This document shows, one piece after another, positions 10,978 to 19,925 of a stretch of 64,000 bases of DNA; positions within the stretch are counted from its first letter, which is position 1, and every line of letters begins with the position of its first letter. This DNA is from Sulfurospirillaceae bacterium (GTDB taxonomy: Bacteria; Campylobacterota; Campylobacteria; Campylobacterales; Sulfurospirillaceae). Below the pieces are notes generated by a model. It made no database searches. It saw only the letters and a program-made list of their open reading frames with translations, and was not told the origin of the DNA. The DNA is taken from NCBI GenBank assembly GCA_033723415.1, contig JAWVXD010000001.1, positions 96,001-160,000 on the forward strand. Direction: 5' to 3'. The position numbers and the translations under genes are program-made.

Positions 10978-12153
10978 TTACTTCCTTAGTTTTGCTTGTT
11001 CAAGTTCCCAATACTCCATCTCAAAGCTGTCCTTTAAACTGATGCTTTTATATCCGCCTAATTGATCTGCACGCAGTACGGCTAACATCGTGTGCTCTAC
11101 GATATCGTTGATGATCAAAGCTTCTTTCTCGTTTTTCCCAAAACTCACGATACCAAAGTCTTTGATGATTGCATAGTTCGGAGCAGGGTTCAAGCAGATT
11201 TCATCATGAGCAAAAGCATTAAAATAGTTTTTGTAGTCTGCTTCGTATTTTTGAATCGCATCTTCGATATTTTCATCTTCCAAGATCAATGGAACGCGTT
11301 TGGTTCTGATGATATGCTCCGGTGTTAAAACACCTCTTTGGGCAAAATCTTGAAGGTTTTCATGCGCAGCGTAAGTATATGCCAGATCAGACGTATTGAC
11401 ATGCAAGATCACATCATGACCTTTGTGCTCAGAGATGATGTGTTGCAGTTTGTTCAGATCGACCGGATTTTTTGGAGTGGCATTTTTGAGCGTTATATGT
11501 GCATTTTTTTGCAAAAATGCTTCCGCTTTACTGATAGCATCGATCATCTTGGTATAGGATCTTTTGGCGTCATCATCAAAGGTAAAGATACCATGATGAT
11601 GCAGTATGATCCCCTCACACTTCGACCAGTCTAAATCTTTGCTTTTTTCATAAATGCTCTGTGCCAAGATAAATCCAGGCATCACGTATGGAATGATCAA
11701 AAAGTTTGGAAATAGCTTTTGGATATGTTCCTCTCCCGAAACTGAGTTTGAAATCGTTACAACGGCATCAGCATGCGTATGATCGACAAACTTAAAGGGA
11801 ATGAGGGCATGAAGTATGGCTTCGACCGATGGATTTGGAGCGGTTTTGTCGATCATGGCAGCTTTTTGAGAGCTGACCATATCGGTGTCGCTTAGCGTCT
11901 TGAGCTTTGCCATCTCTAGCAAAACGTCAAGTTTCACAGGCGCGAAACCTTCTGCTTTGATGCTCACCAAGTCCCAGCCGCTGCCTTTGACGTAGAGTAT
12001 CTCTTCGCCGTTTACTGTAGTTTTTACCGAGGTATTGCCGCCACCGTGAAGTACCAGCTCATCACTTCTGCCTAAGAGATTTGAGGTGTAAACACGAAGT
12101 TTTAAGTCACTATCGAAGGCTTTTGCTTCTTCATCGACAAATAGATTTTTCAA
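10978..12153 (-). CDS. Class II aldolase/adducin family protein (RhaD-like domain, no fused SDR)
   Basis: HGGGNTSVK, KGSGWDL, PSVEAILH, HTHAD, HHG, TPEH, EYWELEQAKL. Confidence 0.85.
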   Translation of the reverse strand: MKNLFVDEEAKAFDSDLKLRVYTSNLLGRSDELVLHGGGNTSVKTTVNGEEILYVKGSGWDLVSIKAEGFAPVKLDVLLEMAKLKTLSDTDMVSSQKAAMIDKTAPNPSVEAILHALIPFKFVDHTHADAVVTISNSVSGEEHIQKLFPNFLIIPYVMPGFILAQSIYEKSKDLDWSKCEGIILHHHGIFTFDDDAKRSYTKMIDAISKAEAFLQKNAHITLKNATPKNPVDLNKLQHIISEHKGHDVILHVNTSDLAYTYAAHENLQDFAQRGVLTPEHIIRTKRVPLILEDENIEDAIQKYEADYKNYFNAFAHDEICLNPAPNYAIIKDFGIVSFGKNEKEALIINDIVEHTMLAVLRADQLGGYKSISLKDSFEMEYWELEQAKLRK

Positions 12154-12156
12154 GAC

Positions 12157-12444
12157 TTAGCCCAGTACTTCAAGCTCATCCGTATATTTTTCTAAACAAT
12201 ACGGCTCATAGCTAGATTTGTATATCGCATAGTGCGCTGAGGCTTTGTGTCCATCAAGGGCTGCTTCATCTCTCCAACACTCGTATGCCATGAATTTATT
12301 TGGCTTGTTTTTGTATTGGAAGATCTCATAAAAAAGACATCCGTCTTCTGCCTTGGAAGGTTTGACCATCGCACTTAAAAGTTCTTTCATCTTTTCGATA
12401 CCATCGGGTTTTGCTATAAAGGTTACACGTTTTGTAATTGTCAT
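12157..12444 (-). CDS. ABM-family (putative quinol monooxygenase / LsrG-like) protein
   Basis: AEDGCLFY, YECW, HKASAHY; in the same operon as lsrK. Start at ATG 12444 after AGGA. Confidence 0.75.
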   Translation of the reverse strand: MTITKRVTFIAKPDGIEKMKELLSAMVKPSKAEDGCLFYEIFQYKNKPNKFMAYECWRDEAALDGHKASAHYAIYKSSYEPYCLEKYTDELEVLG

Positions 12445-12461
12445 GATACGTCCTATTTTAT

Positions 12462-12525
12462 TAGATATTTTGCACAACCCATATTATCGCTAAGGCTTCA
12501 CATGATGGGTTGGGCAAAAAATCTA
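12462..12525. promoter_or_regulatory. 21-bp-arm inverted repeat upstream of the lsrK operon (putative operator)
   Basis: TAGATATTTTGCACAACCCAT-N22-ATGGGTTGGGCAAAAAATCTA; 19 of 21 positions complementary. Confidence 0.55.
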
Positions 12526-13245
12526 TTTATTTGAAAATTGTTTCAGTGCTTTTGCTAAATCTTCTTTTGTGTCGATTCCAAAACTTTTGCTTTCAACTTG
12601 AACCATGGCGACTTTTTTACCATGATAGATTGCACGTAATTGCTCTAGTTTTTCGATGTTTTCTAAAGGCGAAGAGGGAAGGGTGCAAAAGTCATTGAGT
12701 GATTTTTTTGTAAAACCGTAAATACCAAGATGTCCAAAATAATGGTCATATTTTTCTCTATCATATGGGATTTTACTTCTTGAAAAGTAGATCGCATAAT
12801 CATATATATCCGTGATGACTTTGACATGGTTTGGATCGTTCGCTTCACTGTCACCGATAAGCTTATAACAGCTTGTCATCATGATATCTTCATTCTTATC
12901 TATAGAAGTTTGAACCCTGTCTATCACTTTTTGGACGACTTGTGACTCGATAAAAGGTTCATCCGCTTGAACATTGACGATGATCTCATCATCTGTAAGT
13001 CCCAGTTTATTGACAGCTTCGTTGATGCGATCGGTGCCGCTTTGATGTGATTGGCTTGTCATGAAAGCACGAAAACCATAATCTTTGGCTAGATTGACGA
13101 TCTCTTGTGAGTCTGTAGCGATGGCGACTTCATCCAAATCTGCAACGCGTTTTGCCGTGGCGATGACCATGGGCAGACCGTTGATATTCGCCAACACTTT
13201 GTTTGGAAATCGATTTGAAGCAATCCTTGCCGGGATGAGTATCAT
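12523..13245 (-). CDS. kdsB: 3-deoxy-manno-octulosonate cytidylyltransferase
   Basis: IPAR..S.RFPNK, SGTDRI, NVQADEP, HLGIYG, EKLEQLRA. Confidence 0.95.
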   Translation of the reverse strand: MILIPARIASNRFPNKVLANINGLPMVIATAKRVADLDEVAIATDSQEIVNLAKDYGFRAFMTSQSHQSGTDRINEAVNKLGLTDDEIIVNVQADEPFIESQVVQKVIDRVQTSIDKNEDIMMTSCYKLIGDSEANDPNHVKVITDIYDYAIYFSRSKIPYDREKYDHYFGHLGIYGFTKKSLNDFCTLPSSPLENIEKLEQLRAIYHGKKVAMVQVESKSFGIDTKEDLAKALKQFSNK

Positions 13246-13250
13246 AATGA

Positions 13251-14726
13251 TCAACCTTTGATGAAATTTAGAATTTCTTGTTCGATATGGTTTTTATCGA
13301 CGATCTTGTCATGTACGATTTTTTTATCAAAGAGCTCGTTGACCATTGGTGGGATTTTGACGTTTAGGGCATCGCCAAAAGTTTTTAGTGCTTCAAAATC
13401 GCTATATTTTTTATCATCATCTTTGAGTGCATTGAGCATCGTCGGTGCAAATTTTGTCCACTCTGCCGTTGAACAAGCAATTACCGGTATATTTTTTTCA
13501 GCTATATTTTCATAAGCCTTGATAGTTGTCGCAGTATGCGGGTCCATGACATAGTTTTTATCTGCATATTTTTTGATCGTATCTTTTGCAAAATCATCAT
13601 CGCAATAAACAGCATCAAAATCTTCTCTAATACTTGACAACTCGGCATCTGTAAGTTTGTAAAATTTATTTTTTTGAAGGCTGTCCATCAATTCTTTGCA
13701 TCTGATTGAGCCAAATTTATCAAATAAAACTCTCTCAACATTTGAAGATATTAGTATATCCATAGCAGGAGAAGTCGTTTGTAAAAGCTTTCTATTTCTT
13801 AGGTCATAAACACCTGTGTTGATAAGATCAGTTAGTATGTTGTTTATATTTGATGCTATGAGTATCTTTTTGATAGGCAATCCCATCTTCTTTGCATAAT
13901 ACGCACCAAGAGCATTTCCGAAATTTCCACTTGGAATGATCGCATAAAATGGATCTCCAAAATTTATCTTTTTTTGTTTTAAAAGATTTATATATCCAAA
14001 TACGTGATAGATGATCTGGAAAATTATTCTTCCAAAATTTACAGAGTTTGCGGCACTTAGTTTTATATTTTCTTTTTCTAATTCTTGTTTAAATGATTCA
14101 GAAGCAAGCAGTGCCTTTAGGGAGCTTTGTGCATCATCGAAATTTCCGTGAATTCCTAGAACTTTCAGGTTATGGGCATCTTGCGTAACCATCTGGAGTC
14201 TTTGCACATCACTGGTTCCGCCATCAGGGTAAAGACAGGCTACTTTGATATTGTCTTTGTCTGCAAAGGTGTCTAGTGTCGCAGGACCGGTATCTCCACT
14301 CGTAGCTGCTAAGATCAGATATTTCTCGCCTATTTTTTTTGCAAGATGAGACAGTATATAACCAAAAGGCTGTAAAGCCATATCTTTAAATGCACGAGTA
14401 GGCCCGTGAAATAGTTCATTGATATAAAGATTTTTTTCTATTTGCACCAGAGGAACCGGGTCTTCCTTATCATCAAAATTATCATAGAGACTTAAAGCGT
14501 CGTCTATGACATTTTCATCAATGTCAATTTTAAATTTCAGTAGTATCTCTTTTGCAACTTCTTTATAGTTCTTAGATGATGCATCTCTAAAGAAATCATT
14601 GTCTAAATTAGGTAAAACTTCAGGTACATATAATCCGCCAAAACTGGCACTTGGATTGAGTATGGCATATGAAAATTCTACTTTATTTGGTCTTTTACTG
14701 TCATTTCCTCTTGTTTCTATAAACAT
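13251..14726 (-). CDS. thrC: Threonine synthase
   Basis: GGLYVP, ELFHGPTRAFKD, ATSGDTG, NSVNFGRI, PSGNFGN, DPHTA. Confidence 0.95.
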   Translation of the reverse strand: MFIETRGNDSKRPNKVEFSYAILNPSASFGGLYVPEVLPNLDNDFFRDASSKNYKEVAKEILLKFKIDIDENVIDDALSLYDNFDDKEDPVPLVQIEKNLYINELFHGPTRAFKDMALQPFGYILSHLAKKIGEKYLILAATSGDTGPATLDTFADKDNIKVACLYPDGGTSDVQRLQMVTQDAHNLKVLGIHGNFDDAQSSLKALLASESFKQELEKENIKLSAANSVNFGRIIFQIIYHVFGYINLLKQKKINFGDPFYAIIPSGNFGNALGAYYAKKMGLPIKKILIASNINNILTDLINTGVYDLRNRKLLQTTSPAMDILISSNVERVLFDKFGSIRCKELMDSLQKNKFYKLTDAELSSIREDFDAVYCDDDFAKDTIKKYADKNYVMDPHTATTIKAYENIAEKNIPVIACSTAEWTKFAPTMLNALKDDDKKYSDFEALKTFGDALNVKIPPMVNELFDKKIVHDKIVDKNHIEQEILNFIKG

Positions 14727-14739
14727 TGTTCCCTCTTCT

Positions 14740-15585
14740 TTATTTTATCTTCGTTCCGATTCCATCATTTGTAAAAAGCTCTAGCAATATTGAATGCTCA
14801 ACTCTGCCGTCTATTATGTGTGCGCTCTTGACACCGCCGTTTAGCGCATCAATACAGGCATCTGTTTTTGGGATCATCCCTCCATGGATCGTTCCATGCT
14901 CTTGGAGAATTTTAATATCATCTCTATGCAATGTTGAGATCAATTGCTTATCATGATCAAGAATACCCAAAGTGTCTGTTAAAAATATGATCTTTTCTGC
15001 ATTTAAAGCTACGGCTATCTCGCTAGCTGCTAAGTCTGCATTGACATTAAAGCCGGGATGATTGACACCACCGGTTGCAATAGGTGCGATGACAGGTATA
15101 AAATTTTGAGTTACTAAATCGTCTATAACATCTTTTTTGATATGTGTTATTTCACCGACTAAGCCATATTTACCGTCATTTAAAGCTTTAGCGTGCATAA
15201 AGCTGGCATCTTTACCTGTTATACCTATGGCTTTTGCTCCATGAAAATTTAGTAAGTTTGTTATCTCTTTATTGATATTTCCGCCAAGAACCATCTCTAC
15301 GACTTCCATAATATCATCGTTAGTTACCCTCAGTCCATCTACAAATTCACTTTTCACAGCCAGTTTGTCAAGCATATTATTTATCTTCTTACCACCACCG
15401 TGTATTATAATAGGTTTGATCCCGACAAGATAAAGTAGTACTATATCTTGAGCAAATTTTTCTTTGAGTTCCGGGAGTTCCTGAGCACTTCCCCCGTATT
15501 TGATCACAATAGTTTTTTTATTAAAGAGCTTTATGTACGGCAACGCATCCATCAAGATTCTTGCTTGTTGTATCTTTTCTTTCAT
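14740..15585 (-). CDS. argB: Acetylglutamate kinase
   Basis: IKYGGS, HGGG, GLRVT, NVNAD, GGMIPK, HIIDGR. Confidence 0.96.
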   Translation of the reverse strand: MKEKIQQARILMDALPYIKLFNKKTIVIKYGGSAQELPELKEKFAQDIVLLYLVGIKPIIIHGGGKKINNMLDKLAVKSEFVDGLRVTNDDIMEVVEMVLGGNINKEITNLLNFHGAKAIGITGKDASFMHAKALNDGKYGLVGEITHIKKDVIDDLVTQNFIPVIAPIATGGVNHPGFNVNADLAASEIAVALNAEKIIFLTDTLGILDHDKQLISTLHRDDIKILQEHGTIHGGMIPKTDACIDALNGGVKSAHIIDGRVEHSILLELFTNDGIGTKIK

Positions 15586-15593
15586 ATTTAATG

Positions 15594-15662
15594 TCTCCTT
15601 TTTGTTGAGCGAAGCCCAACAAAAATTCCTCTCACTAAAGCTTTCGCTTTGCGAAGAAATTT
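15594..15662 (-). repeat. Structured intergenic element, copy 1 (upstream of argB)
   Basis: About 49/71 identical by hand alignment to 40187-40257; two hairpins followed by the AAGGAG SD. Confidence 0.6.
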
Positions 15663-15696
15663 ATATTTTTATAACTGCTGTAAGTTTTGGATTTTA

Positions 15697-16626
15697 TCAA
15701 AAATTGGATAAAAAAGCGTTTATTTTGTCTTTTGCTTCTTTTTTAATTTCAATATTTAGATCCAAGATAGATAGGTTTAAGCCAAAATTTTCCATTTTTA
15801 CTGCATCTTTTTGAGTAGTTAAGATAGATGTCGCATCGTATCGTCTCATGATCTCGTTTAATTCTTTTAGATTGTAATCATGGTGATCCTCAAACAAAAC
15901 TTCTCCTGCTAATGCATTTGGCAAATACTTTTTTAACCTCTCAGGCTTAGATATACCTGTTACTAAGACCATATTTTTTGTTGTGTTCTTAATATTAACT
16001 TTTCTTTCAAAATCTGTATCTTCAACCATGACTAAGTCAGCATGTTTATATAAATATCTAGGCTCTCTGTATGCTCCACTTGGTATACAAAAAGGTAGTG
16101 TCGGTTCATTTTTCGGTTTTATTAAGATATCGAATTTTTCTATGTCTGCTTTACTAAACCCATCATCTAAAAATATGGTTTTGACAGACAAGGTTTTTGC
16201 GTATTCTATTGCTCTGATCCGATCTTCTGAGACTATAACGGTAGCGTCTGGCAAAGATTTTGCATAAAGCATCGCTTCATCTCCGCTTTGCTTCACATCA
16301 CATAGTATTTTATTTTTGTGAGATACAAGCAACATCCCTTTACTCTCTCTTCCAAATCCTCTAAGAATTATGGCCGTATTATTGCGATTTTTTGCTAACT
16401 CAATAGTCAATGGAGTCTTTCCGCTTCCCCCAAGTGTAAGATTGCCGATACTTATAATCGCAATGCCAAAATTATTTTTTTTTGCAAAGAATCTTTTGGT
16501 TATAACGATCAAACAATAGAGTGCACTAAAAGGTAAAAGAGTGAAGGAGAGTGCATAGTGAGCAAAGGTCTTTGGATAAAAGAGATATTCTTCTATCCAA
16601 AGTGTTAGTTTTGCCTTATTAAACAC
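15697..16626 (-). CDS. lpxK: Tetraacyldisaccharide 4'-kinase
   Basis: GNLTLGGSGKTP, RGFGR, GDEA, LDDGF, FEDHH, TTQKDAVK. Confidence 0.93.
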   Translation of the reverse strand: MFNKAKLTLWIEEYLFYPKTFAHYALSFTLLPFSALYCLIVITKRFFAKKNNFGIAIISIGNLTLGGSGKTPLTIELAKNRNNTAIILRGFGRESKGMLLVSHKNKILCDVKQSGDEAMLYAKSLPDATVIVSEDRIRAIEYAKTLSVKTIFLDDGFSKADIEKFDILIKPKNEPTLPFCIPSGAYREPRYLYKHADLVMVEDTDFERKVNIKNTTKNMVLVTGISKPERLKKYLPNALAGEVLFEDHHDYNLKELNEIMRRYDATSILTTQKDAVKMENFGLNLSILDLNIEIKKEAKDKINAFLSNF

Positions 16627-17755
16627 GAGTTTTTGATATATCTTTTATCTGCTCGCATATATAATAAACATCATTATCTTTTAATCCATGATATATTGGC
16701 AGAGATAAAATTTTTTGATAATTGCTCAATGCTTTTGGAAAGTCATTAACTTTTATCGAATATTTGTGTTTGTAGTAACTTAAAAGATGTATAGGTATAT
16801 AGTGCAAAGCAGTATTTATGCCTCTGTCTTTTAGATCTCTGGCAAAACTGTCTCTGTTTTTATCTACTTTTATGATATATTGGCTATAGATATGGTCGCC
16901 TTTTTTGACAGGAAGATTGACATGAGGGCAATCTTTTAGTTCTTCATTGTAGATAGCTGCAATTTGTTTTCTTCTTTTGATAAACTCATCATTTTTTTCC
17001 AGTTGTGCTAAAGCAAAAGCTGCATTTAGTTCATTTAAATCATATTTCAAACCTATATCCACAACATCGTAAACATACCCTAGATTTCCGTGATCGTCCC
17101 AACCGTCATTTATAATCGCGTGATTTCTAAGAAGGGAGGCTCTATCTTTTAAATTTTCATTATTTGTAGCTAGTATTCCGCCGCTTGCAAGTGCGTGTTT
17201 CATCTGAGGAGAAAATCTAAAAGTTACTATGTCAGCTTTGAGTCCACCGATCTTTTTACCGTTGTAGGTAGCTCCCATAGCATCTGATGCATCCTCGATT
17301 ATGTTTATATTATATAATTTTGCGATTTTGTAAAGCCTATCAAGATCAGTTGCTTGTCCTGCAATATGATTTATAAATGCACCTTTGAGTTTTTTGCTTC
17401 GGTTCTTTTCAAGCATAATCTCTAAACTGTCCAAATCAATATTAAAATCATCTTCATCAATATCAACAAATACAGGTTCAGCATCAAAATGTCTGATAAC
17501 TTCAGCAACTGAAGGAAATGAATTTACCGAGCATATTATCTTGTCTCCACGTTTGAGATCAAGCGCGCACATAGCAAGATGCATAGCGGATGTTCCGTTA
17601 TTTGTGCTTATGGCATTTTTACTCCCAACATATTCAGTAAATTTTTTTTCTAAAGCTCTAGCCATTTGTGTTTTACTTAGTTCTAAAACTTCGTTGACAT
17701 AAGTTTTTTCTTTAATGTCTATAGATGGCTTGTAAAATGGTATTTCTTTTATCAT
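16619..17755 (-). CDS. DegT/DnrJ/EryC1/StrS family aminotransferase
   Basis: NGTSAMHLA, PVFVDI, IIEDAS, GLKY, HYIPIH, LSLPIY. Confidence 0.88.
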   Translation of the reverse strand: MIKEIPFYKPSIDIKEKTYVNEVLELSKTQMARALEKKFTEYVGSKNAISTNNGTSAMHLAMCALDLKRGDKIICSVNSFPSVAEVIRHFDAEPVFVDIDEDDFNIDLDSLEIMLEKNRSKKLKGAFINHIAGQATDLDRLYKIAKLYNINIIEDASDAMGATYNGKKIGGLKADIVTFRFSPQMKHALASGGILATNNENLKDRASLLRNHAIINDGWDDHGNLGYVYDVVDIGLKYDLNELNAAFALAQLEKNDEFIKRRKQIAAIYNEELKDCPHVNLPVKKGDHIYSQYIIKVDKNRDSFARDLKDRGINTALHYIPIHLLSYYKHKYSIKVNDFPKALSNYQKILSLPIYHGLKDNDVYYICEQIKDISKTRV

Positions 17756-17783
17756 TTATAAATCCTTTTGTATTATGCTTTCG

Positions 17784-18587
17784 CTATAATTTTATATCTC
17801 TGGGATATAAAAAGTCGTGTCCTATGGTCCTATGGCTTATTTTGGCTATAATCGGCATTTTTCTTTTAAACTGGTTCTTGTATATTTTATTTTTTATCAA
17901 CTCGATGATCTTGATGCTAAATCCGGCATCTTGCATCTCTTGTTCGTTCATTCTTTTATCAACATACGCATGAAGTGCTTTATCTATGTCGGCATAAGAA
18001 AATCCCAGATCTGCTTCATCACTTTGACCTTCCCATAAATCGGCTGAAGGAGGTTTTGATAAAATTGATTCAGGAATTTCTAAAAATTTGGCGAACTCAA
18101 ATATCTCAGTTTTGTATAGGTCTCCTATTGGATTTATAGCACTTGCCAAATCGCCAAATAGAGTGCCGTATCCAAGCAGAAGTTCACTTTTGTTACTTGT
18201 CCCTAATACTAGAGCATTTTCTCGTGCGGAAATATCGTATAATACGCACATTCTGGCTCTAGCACTAAAATTACCTATCCTTAGATTATTGGCTTTAATA
18301 CCCTGAAAATAGGATTCTACTAAAGGGGCAATTGAAACTGTTTCATAAGTTATATTAAACTTTTCACATAAGAGTAAAGCATCGTCAAGACTTGTTTTAC
18401 TGGAATATGATGAAGGCATCATAACACCTAAAATATCATCACCAAATGCTTTTTTTGCGAGTACTGATACTACAGCTGAATCTATGCCTCCACTTATGCC
18501 TATAACTACTTTTTTAAGTGAAGTCTTGTAAACTTCATTTTGAAGAAATTTGATAATATATGATTCTATTAGCTTGTATCTTTTCAA
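17784..18587 (-). CDS. nadE: NH3-dependent NAD+ synthetase
   Basis: GISGGIDSA, GN..ARARM, GTSNKSE, PPSADL; TTG start. Confidence 0.95.
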   Translation of the reverse strand: MKRYKLIESYIIKFLQNEVYKTSLKKVVIGISGGIDSAVVSVLAKKAFGDDILGVMMPSSYSSKTSLDDALLLCEKFNITYETVSIAPLVESYFQGIKANNLRIGNFSARARMCVLYDISARENALVLGTSNKSELLLGYGTLFGDLASAINPIGDLYKTEIFEFAKFLEIPESILSKPPSADLWEGQSDEADLGFSYADIDKALHAYVDKRMNEQEMQDAGFSIKIIELIKNKIYKNQFKRKMPIIAKISHRTIGHDFLYPRDIKL

Positions 18588-18732
18588 AAAAATCCTTACT
18601 ATGTATTGCTATTGAATACTTTAGTATAAAATTATACTAAAGAAATTATTAATTGCATCTTTCAAAAGTAGTTTTTTTGTTTAAGTTTTGTATTATGTTA
18701 TAAATTAAATATTTTTTATGCCGGAGAAGCCT

Positions 18733-19326
18733 ATGCAAATAAAGAAAAAACCTTGCGGTCCATACATGACCAATTGTTATATAGTAAAGGTCAATGATGT
18801 AGAATTTATAGTAGATCCAGGGGTTGGTGCTGATGAATGGGTTAAGCAAAATGTAACAAATCCTGTAGCGATCTTGAACACTCATGGGCACTTTGATCAC
18901 ATATGGAGTAATGCTAGTTTGAGTGAATACTACAATATCCCTATATATACACCCAAAGATGATGTTTTTATGTTGACAAACGATCCATTTTCACAAGGAA
19001 CACCGCCTAGTATTGCTGATGTTGAAGTGAAGGGGGATGAAGTATTTGAGATAGAGAATGTTGAAGTTAGATATTTTTTCTTTCCGGGGCACACCCCTGG
19101 TTGTAGTGCAGTTTTGATAGAAGATGCCCTTTTCAGCGGTGATTTTATATTTAAAAATTCTATCGGACGAGTGGATTTCCCATACAGTAACCCAAATGAT
19201 ATGAAAAACAGCATAAAAAAGTTTTTACAAATTGATAAAAATTACACGATTTATCCGGGGCATGGTGAAAATACATCGGTATTTGAAGAGCAAAAGAGCG
19301 TACCTGCTTGGCTTAATTATATATAG
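18733..19326 (+). CDS. MBL-fold metallo-hydrolase (glyoxalase II-like)
   Basis: NCY, THGHFDH, PGHTPG, FSGD, PGHG. Confidence 0.9.
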   Translation: MQIKKKPCGPYMTNCYIVKVNDVEFIVDPGVGADEWVKQNVTNPVAILNTHGHFDHIWSNASLSEYYNIPIYTPKDDVFMLTNDPFSQGTPPSIADVEVKGDEVFEIENVEVRYFFFPGHTPGCSAVLIEDALFSGDFIFKNSIGRVDFPYSNPNDMKNSIKKFLQIDKNYTIYPGHGENTSVFEEQKSVPAWLNYI

Positions 19327-19328
19327 GA

Positions 19329-19883
19329 CTATCTAGCATGATAGTCTATATCTATATTTTTAATCTTTGTCTTTAAGATATGTTTTTCCAATACTACGGC
19401 TTGATAAATTCCTTCAAATACTTTGATCTCACTTATCTGACCGATTACTCTAATCTCTCTTTTTCTTGAGTCTTCGAATTTTGCTTTAGCTTCAAATTCT
19501 ATTACATCACCGCTTTTGGCAGGTGCTAAAAATTTTGTTTTTGCTGCTATGATAACTAGATTTTCTTCGTTTACGGCAACCGCTGCTGCATATTCTGCTG
19601 CACCGAAAATAAAGCCGCTATGTATTAGCCCCTGAGAATCAACACTCATTTCATTTGTAGTTTGAAGGACTGTCTTTGAAGTACTGTTATTCAAAGAAAT
19701 TATATTTCCTGAGAGACTTGTTCTTACTTTTTGATGGGTGCGTAAATCGTCTCTTACATCATATTCACTCTCTTTATGATAATCAGAACTGTCCATATCC
19801 TCAAAATCTTCTTCAAAATTTTCTTCTCTTCCTAAAAGGTTGTCAGTTTCTTCTTTTGCTAAGGCTTCTGCACTAGTTGCCAT
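19329..19883 (-). CDS. Hotdog-fold (PaaI-like) thioesterase family protein with acidic N-terminal extension
   Basis: GLIHSGFIFGAAEYAA, FLAPAKSGD. Confidence 0.75.
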   Translation of the reverse strand: MATSAEALAKEETDNLLGREENFEEDFEDMDSSDYHKESEYDVRDDLRTHQKVRTSLSGNIISLNNSTSKTVLQTTNEMSVDSQGLIHSGFIFGAAEYAAAVAVNEENLVIIAAKTKFLAPAKSGDVIEFEAKAKFEDSRKREIRVIGQISEIKVFEGIYQAVVLEKHILKTKIKNIDIDYHAR

Positions 19884-19925
19884 ATGTTGTCCTTAATGTT
19901 ATCGTTGTATAACAATATCGGTTAA

